Origin: Nitrospirota bacterium | GTDB lineage: Bacteria > Nitrospirota > UBA9217 | Assembly: GCA_963754875.1 (NCBI GenBank) | Contig: CAVWHO010000015.1 | Coordinates: forward strand, 32,001-96,000 | Direction of reading: 5' to 3' | DNA: 64,000 nt | Shown: one piece after another, positions 19,190-28,100 of the stretch | How positions within the stretch are numbered: the first letter of the stretch is position 1 | How the letters are laid out: the number at the start of each line of letters is the position of its first letter | Translations under genes and position numbers: made by a program | The notes under the pieces: model-generated | What the model was told of the DNA's origin: nothing | The model's input: only the letters and a program-made list of their open reading frames with translations | Database searches by the model: none

Positions 19190-22100
19190 ATGATACATTG
19201 CATCGGTGATAGTCCTGTATATGTATTTACCGGAGTGGACACAATCGGTGGCAACGACATTCTCTTGGATTTCAAGACCTACCGGCTTGGCCCCCACACT
19301 GCGTATAATGCGATAACAAAATGGGATATAATCGAAAGCTTTTTAAAGAATTCCGTTAAACCAAGCGATTCGGTCATGTTTTGTTTTGGGGAGATCGACT
19401 GCAGAGTACATTTACAGAAGCAATCAGAGCTGCAGAAACGGCCCCTGGAAGACGTAGTGAGTGAGTGCGTGCAGAGATATTTTGCTGTATTCGAAAAGGC
19501 GAAACACTACGGTCATCAACTGCTTGCATGGAATGTCCCGGCGTCAAGCCTCAACAACGTGGGATACGGCGAGTACTCAACCTATGGCAATTGTAAGCAA
19601 AGAAATGAAGTAATCAGTCTGTTTAATAAACATCTCAAGCGGCTCTGCGAAAAAAACGGTGTTATTTTTATTTCGATCTTTGACAAACTCGTCGATGACG
19701 ACGGGCTGACCAATCCTCTTTATTATATGGATTCCATTCATCTCTCACAAAGGGCAATGCCGCTTATTCAGGAGGTGCTGCGAAACCACGGTATACGACT
19801 TTCTCCATTGCAGCGCGATGAAGGCCGACAGCTTGATTATCTGACCACGCTGGCGAAATCCGGCACTGCCCTGGAATTCCGCAACATCAAATCATCTGCA
19901 GGATCACTGCGACCGCAAATTTTGCAATTCCTGTCACGGACCTTTGGTCTTGAAACCTTTATAGAAACAGGAACTTTTATGGGCGATACCACTTTCATCG
20001 CCTCCGACATTTTCAAAACCGTGCACACCATAGAACTAAGTCCTGAATTGCACCAAAAAGCGGTAAAGCGATTTGAGAACCGTTCTCACGTTCACGTGCA
20101 TCATGGTGACTCCAGCAGTATATTCCCGGAGATACTCGGCCAAAATAATCAGAATGTGCTCTTTTGGCTGGATGGTCATTACAGCGAGGGAATCACGGCA
20201 AAAGGTGACGAAAACACACCCATCATCCAGGAATTGAAGGCGATCAAGAACGCACAGACAAAAAACGCAGTGATCCTCATCGATGATCTCAGGATGTTTG
20301 ACACGACGTGGGACCATATCCCCCTGGATTCGGCCGCACGGGGTTATCCAATGGCGACATCTCTGTGTGCTGCAATACAGGAGATAGATCCATCATATGA
20401 ATTCGCGGTTCTTGGCGATGTTTTTATGGCTTATCCAAAACGAGATCAGCAGGTAATCTCGCAAGTAGTTGCTGCCTGCACCATCAGCAGGCTTTACGAT
20501 GGGAGCAACTATGAACTGCAAGAAGTTTTGAAAGCTGAAGCGGTAATCGGCGCAGCGCAAAATGAAGAATTGTCGTTCCTGCAGTGTCTCTATGTGCATC
20601 TTATCGGATCGGAAGAATATGGTTTTGGCCAACATTACCGGCTTTGGGCTGCGCTCACCCAGGCTGCGAATAAAAAGTACGACAGGGCATGTAAGGAATT
20701 ACTGATCGCTATCAACCTCGGATGTGAACATTGGCGAGTCAACTGGTATCTCGCAAACGACGCTTATGAAGCCGGCTTTTATTCTCTTGCTGATAAATCT
20801 CTTGAAAAGGCTGAGCAGGCTTCGCCGGATTTTCAGGAAGCAATACACCTTAAGCAAAAGATAGCACGGGACCTGAGCGAACGGCGTCAGGAGAACAGTT
20901 TCACCAGGCAAGATCATCTGGAGATCGCCGTTCATCTGCAGAGAGCGGGAAGAACACAAGCAGCCCGTGATGAACTTCAGGCAATCCTGTCGGGCAATGC
21001 TTCTGACAAGGATGTTCTCTACGAGTACGCGAGTTGCCTCATCGAGGCGAAACAGCAAGAAGCCGCAAGCGAGCAATTACAGGATATATTGAAGCGTGAT
21101 CCTTCCTACGCGAACGCTCAGAATAGCCTGGGCGTGATCGCCTATCAACAAGGTCATCTTGATAAAGCCATGGAATATTTCGGCATGGCGTTATCGCAAG
21201 AGAATCTGAATCACCAGGCATTGCAAAATGCCTTGATTCTGTCTAAGCAACTCGGCATCAGCAATGAAGCATTGTGTATGCTTCGCGACATACTGGTTAA
21301 ATTTCCAAACGACTCAACTCTCGCTAACATTGCCCAACGGTTCATCGACGATCAAAAAAACGCCAAGAATCGGGAAAACACCAACTATGCAGCAAATGAG
21401 CAATTATCGTCTATGAAAAAAGGCAATAAATCTGCTGCGGCTACCGGCAAACCAGAAACCGGTTCATCGGCTGCAGCGGCGTCCGGGATTACTTCCGGAA
21501 GTGACTCACCGCATTCTAAGACATTCATCATTAACATGGTCTATGAGCATTTATCACAACAGCAGATGCATACCAAACATGCCGATTCGATTTCAATCAT
21601 CTGGTCGGCCGTCCCGCTCGAAGGCTGCGACGTATATGCATATGTGAATGCAAGCAGCTTTCGCGGACGAATCGGCGGCATACAGGTGTTGTTAATGCTG
21701 GAGCCGGTCGTCGTATTGCCCGGTGAATACAGCGAGGTTGTATGGAGAAACTTCGACTATGTTTTTACCATGTGCGATGCACTGGTCGGAACGCACCCAA
21801 GGTTCGTCAAAATACAGTATCCGCGCGCCGACTGGATCGTTCCGGCGGCGAGCACAGAAAACCTCGATGGGCGTCGGAATAATTATCCAACGGAATCGCG
21901 TGCAAATGCAATCTGTATGATTAACGGAAACAAGCATTCCTTCATTGAGAGTGAATTGTATTCTAAACGCATGGAAGCAGCACTCTGGTTCCATCTGCAC
22001 TCCGATATTCCGTTCGAGGTTTATGGACGGCCCCCGTTCGCATTACCCAATTACCGTGGCGCACTTTCACCCGAAAACAAACTCCCGACGCTATCGCACT

Positions 22101-25100
22101 TTCGCTACAGTCTCTGCTTCGAAAATACTAATCATCGAGAGTACTCTGCAGGATACATAACCGAAAAAATCCTCGATTGTCTGGAGACGCGCACCATCCC
22201 GATCTACCTTGGCGCTGTGAATATCGAACATTATGTCCCAAAAGAGTGTTTCATCGACATGCGCGAGTTCAAAAGCTATTCGCAATTGGACGCTAATCTG
22301 CGCTCAATGACCTCGGGAGAATATCTTCGCTTTATTGACAAGATAGATGATTGGGTCTCTCGGGGTGGCCTGCGCCCCTACTCCATTCACAGAGTTTATG
22401 ATAAGCTGGCGTCGCTTCTGGCTGGAACAGCACTTGCCCTGGAGTGGCAGAATGGCTTGGTTTTCAATCATGCAACAAAACAATGGCATCCTGTAATCTC
22501 TCCTGCCTTATGGACATGGAATGATCTGGCAAATGCTGACCCACCGGTGAGTGTTCTTCCACCGAGACGCGCCGGGCAGGATAGCAACGATCTTACAAGA
22601 CAAGAGAAGGCACACCAGCTGATCGATGAATTTGCCGAGTTCAAAGCCGATGCGGAGGAGAATATGAAATCAAATGCAGCATCGTTTTATAAAACGCTCT
22701 TGTCCGTCTGGCCAATTCACAATATTCCCCAGCAACAAAATGTCTTTGTGCATCCCGTTTGGCAAAAGCAGCTTACAGCTCTCGGAGAATTAATAACCCA
22801 GGGATTGCCCGAAAACTTCCTGCTTCACCCAATTTGCCGCGAAATGTTTGTACGGATTGGATGGAACAAACAGCAAGAGCATGAACTGTCCTATATCGAC
22901 CAGCTCAGCAGCAAACTTCGAAAAAAAATATACTCCTTAAAAGAGTCGCCAATCGGATCGATTCCCCTTGACTGTAAGAAACTGCCTCTTTCCGTGAATA
23001 CTCTCGGCATGATCTGGTATTTTGCGCGTATCCATGAACTTCTGGCAAAATCGCCTGCCACGGTTATTGAATTGGGTGGTGGTTTCGGCTCACTTGCCCG
23101 GGTATTCAAATCCCTTGGCAACCCCGCCCTCACCTATACCATAATTGATTTGCCGGAGATGCTGGCTCTTCAATACTTTTATCTCTCTGCGACCCTGGGA
23201 CGAGATGCAGTCGAAGCTCATGTCAAGCCTGATGAACGCGTTGTTCCCGGAAAAATCAACCTCTTTCCGGTTTATGGAATCGAAGCTCTGAATCTTTCTG
23301 CAGATCTTTTTGTATCAACCTTCGCCCTCTCCGAGACTCCCCGGTTCATGCAGGAGCATGTCTGCGGAATTAAGAATTTTTTCAATGCACCCTTTGTTTA
23401 TATAACCGGTCAGAATGTGACCGAACGGAGCGAGCTCGGATGGCAGCCTCCACAGACAATAGTCCAGCAAGCCCGCGACTCCCGCCAAAAGGTCGTAGTG
23501 AATCGTTTTCATATCGGCGACAACTATGAACTGATTGCTTCGCAACTTGTTCACGCCGGCTTAAACCATCCGGGGACTGCCGCACGATCACTGGGCGCGA
23601 GAGATGGCGGGAACGTTGTCCGGGAAGATACGCAGACAACAGCAACGCCGGCCCAACCAAATGCAAAAACAGTCGGGTTGACAGTCAGCAAAGACCGTGC
23701 GATGCAGTTGGAGGCTACCGTAAGAAGCTTTTTCAAGCATTGCAAAGACGCGGATCAGTTGCGCCTAAAAGTGCTTTATACAACCTCCAGCAATTTTCAT
23801 GAAGCCCAATATCAGCAACTAAAACACGAGTATCCTGCTGTGGATTTCGTCCGGGAGACTTCGTTTAAAAAAGACTTCTTGGCAGTTTTGTCGGATTTTC
23901 AATATGTCTTGTTCATGGTCGACGATAACATCTTCGTTCGCGACTTTTCACTTGTGCATGTCACTCAAAGTCTCGGCAATAATCCAGATGCCATCGGGTT
24001 TTCTCTCCGGCTGGGAAAAAACACGAACTACTGCTACATGTTAAACAGAGCACAAGCTGTCCCTCCTTTTCAATTGCTGGACTACAATATGCTGAAATTC
24101 AACTGGACGACTGGAGAATGCGATTTCGGGTACCCTCTGGAGCTGTCGAGTTCGCTTTATCGAACTGCGAGTATTCTTCCGCTGCTGCATCAGCTTGATT
24201 TCAAGAACCCGAATACCTTGGAAGCTGCCCTGGATCTCAACAAACACCGATTTGCGGCGGGGAATCAGCACCTCCTCTGTTACGCAACATCGGTGGCATT
24301 CTGCAATCCGATTAATAAGGTCCAGACAGTCTACAACAATAAATCCGGCGTTGACACTTCGTATTCGCCTAGCCTGCTTGCGAAGCTGTACAGCCAGGGT
24401 TCCAGAATAGACCTTGTTCCTTTCGAGAACTTCGAACCGAACTCGTGCCATCAGGAAATGAATTTCCGGTTCGCAACCCCTTCCGAAGAACACGCTGCAG
24501 CCGCCACAGGTGACAGGTCTGCCCAATCGCTTGTCTCCATTATCATACTCAACTACAATGGTTTGGAACATATCCGGCCCTGCCTGGAGTCGATTCAGCG
24601 GAATACCCCGGAGCGCCACGAGATCATCGTGGTCGATAATGCTTCGACCGATGGTTCAAAAGAAGAGCTCCGGTCTCGCAGGGACATCACTCTCGTGGAG
24701 AATCAGACGAATATCGGTTGCCCCCCCGCGCGCGCCCAGGCACTGACGCTCGCAACAGGCGATTATGTGGTCTTCCTCGATAATGATACCATCGTCACCC
24801 CGAGATGGCTGACGACGTTCCTCGAACATGCCAAAGCAAATCCCCTCATCGGGATCATGGGACCGCGTTCAAACTATGTGTCAGGTTCCCAGCTTGTTCC
24901 CAACGTACCTTATAAGGATATCCCCGGACTCGAGGCGTTCTCCCTGCAGCTTGCCGCGGAACACAGAGATCAGCTTACCCGGACACGCCGTCTTGTCGGT
25001 TTCTGCATGTTCGTTCGAAGGGAAGTGATCGATAAAATCGGCAACATTGACGAATCATTCGGCAAGTTTGGTTTTGAGGACGATGACTATACCTGGCGCG

Positions 25101-28100
25101 CACATATCGCCGGTTTTACTGCCGTGATCGCAAATGATGTTTTCATTCATCATACGGGCGGACCACAGGGACGTGGAAATCAGCAGTACAACCAGCTCCT
25201 GTTACAGGCATGGACAGTATTCAGGAACAAGTGGGAGCTGCCCGCGAATCTGGCCTACGGGTCGCCGTTCGATCTTTCGACCATTCTAACAAGGCCCTTT
25301 GATCCGCGAAAACATTATCTTCCCCTTGTTGCCCGGTCCGATATCAAGGCGATTGTCCGTGAAGCGTCGGACCGCTCCAGGGCCGCAGAGAAGCCGTCGG
25401 TGGCCTCCGTTGCCGCGAAGGCGATCAAAAAAGCCCGCGAGCTTCAGGAGAAGGACCGGCTTGAGGATTCCATCGCAGCGCTGATGGACGGCATCGCCCA
25501 GGCACCGGCTGATAAAGCGCTTTATCTCAGTCTCGCGGAGATCCTGATCGAGGCAAAGCGATATCAGGATGCTCTTGATGCGCTCAATTCCCTGCCTGAG
25601 GAAGGAAAGAACGACATTGTAGCGCTTGCATTGAGAGGATATTGCCACGACGGATTAGGACTCTTTGCCGAGGCACATGCCGATGCCGACCGTGTTCTGG
25701 CGCGGCAGCCGAATTCAGCCATGGCTCTGAATTTAAAAGGCGTGCTTGCGTACAAACAGGGAGACAGGGACGGCGCGGAGCGGTTCTTTGCCGCCGCTGT
25801 CGCCGCCGGCCCCGGCTACGGGGAGGCCTATGCCAACCTCGGCGTATTAAAATGGTCCGCGGACAGGAAAGAGGACGGCCTCCCCCTGCTCGAAAAAGGG
25901 TTTATTCTTTCTCCGACTGCGTCTGAACTTGTTTCGCTCTATCACACGGCGATCGTTTCGGAAGGCCTCTTTGCCCGCGCCGAAAAGTTCTTTCAAGAAG
26001 CAAAGGCGCTTCATCCGAACAACAAAAGGATAGCCTTCTTGCTGATCGATCTTTTGAACAAACAGGAGAAACACGACCTCGCCATGCGCGAAATCGAGCA
26101 GGCCATGATCCGCTTCGGCATCGACGACGGAATTCTGGCCGCAGCTCTCGATGTGCGCGGGAAGGTTGGCCCTCACCACATGATACCATCCGGCAAAACG
26201 GAAAAAACGTTGAGCCTCTGTATGATCGTAAAAAACGAGGAGCACTGCCTGGCAAATTGCCTAGCGAACGCGAAGCCCATAGTTCATGAAATGATTGTAG
26301 TGGATACAGGATCGAACGACCGGACCAAGCACATCGCCCATGCCTTCGGAGCCAAGGTGCTTGATTTCGAATGGACCGAGGACTTTTCCAAAGCCCGGAA
26401 CTTCTCCTTGTCAAAGGCTTCCGGGAGATGGGTCCTCGTTCTGGATGCAGATGAGGTAATCTCTCCTTCCGATTTTGCCGCTGTGCGCGAAATAGTAGAT
26501 ACTGCCGATCCTTCAAGGACGGCTTACAAGATAATGACGCGAAATTATTCAAATGAGGCGACCGAGCAGGGATGGAGGCAAAATCGCGGGGAGTACCCGG
26601 ATGAGGAGGCTGCGACGGGGTGGTTTCCCAGCGAAAAGGTCAGGATTTTCGTGAACGATGAACGCATCAGATTTGAAGCTCCCGTTCATGAATTAGTAGA
26701 GGGCTCGCTGCAAAAAGCGGCAATAGCAATCAAGCCGTGCACTATATCGGTCCACCATTATGGAAGACTCGATGCTAAAAAAAGGGCGACAAAGGGCGAA
26801 ACGTACTATCTCCTCGGCAAAAAAAAGATGGATGAACAAGGGGGCGACCTGAAGGCTTTGTTGGAACTCGGGATACAGGCAGGGGAATTGGGGAAATATG
26901 ACGAAGCTGTTCAGTTGTTTAAAAAGCTTGTGGATGCCGATCCGAAATATTCCAAGGCCCTATTCTATCTTGGCTATACTTATATGGTCCTCGGCCGGCA
27001 TCATGACGCCCTTCCCTATTGCAAAGAAGCGTATGCACTTGACCCCGGGGACAGGGAAGCCGCCGTTAAATATGCTCAATGTGAGATCGCGGTCGGAGAT
27101 ATTGCACTTGCCGTTTCTCTGCTTGAGGACATGGTCCGGAGGTCCCCTGATTCCATCGTTGCGGAAAGCCAGCTTGCAGTCGCGTACTGCGTTATTGGCG
27201 AGAGCGGGAAAGGGATTGCGATTCTTGACCGGCTGAGAGAAAAAAATGTGGACACTGCCTCTTTTGTCCGTGATCAGGCCGGCATTTTGCGTTCAGCAGG
27301 GAGGGTGGAAGATGCCCGGCGATTGTTGGCCGTAGCCGTGCAGGCCAATCATGCCTCGGCGAAGACGCAAAAACTTTTTGAGGAAGGTAAAACCGAAGAC
27401 AGGGAGAAGGAGACGATTGCACGACCAATGACGACCAAAGGGTTGACCTCCATCATTATTGCGGTACAGGAGGGTCAGGAGCATGTAAAACAATGTATCG
27501 AGGCCCTGGAACGCAATACTCCCGAAGAACATGAAATCGTCATGGTAACGAGCGGAGCGAACAGCGTGGAGATCGAACGTCTGAAACGATATTCTAAGAA
27601 GCGAAGGAATTATCGTGTGCTCGATGCCGGCGGCGCAGCGGGATACGCCGCATACCTCAATAAAGGCATTGCCGAAACCTCGGGTGAATTCATAGTTCTC
27701 TTATCTCCCAAGACACTGGCAACGGAGAACTGGTTGTCAGGCTTACGAGAGTGCATTGATTCCCCTTCCCCCGCAGGAGTAGGGATTGTTGGCCCGATGA
27801 CCAATGATAAGGCCGGAATACAGAAGGTACCCCGGATCGATTATGAGCCTCACGAGGGTCTTGAAGGGTTTGCTCGCGATTTCAGAGAAAGAAACCGACA
27901 CCGGCGCGTCAGCGCCAAATATGTCGCTGGATTCTGCATGCTGTTGCGCCGTGACCTTGTGGAAAAGGTTGGGTTGTTCGATGAAAATCTGGGCAATAGC
28001 AACAGTGAGGATGAGGATTATTGTCTCAGGGCCGCACTTGCGGGTTTTAAAACCATTATCGCGGGAGACGTATTCATTCATCGAGGCGACGAGGAAGATA

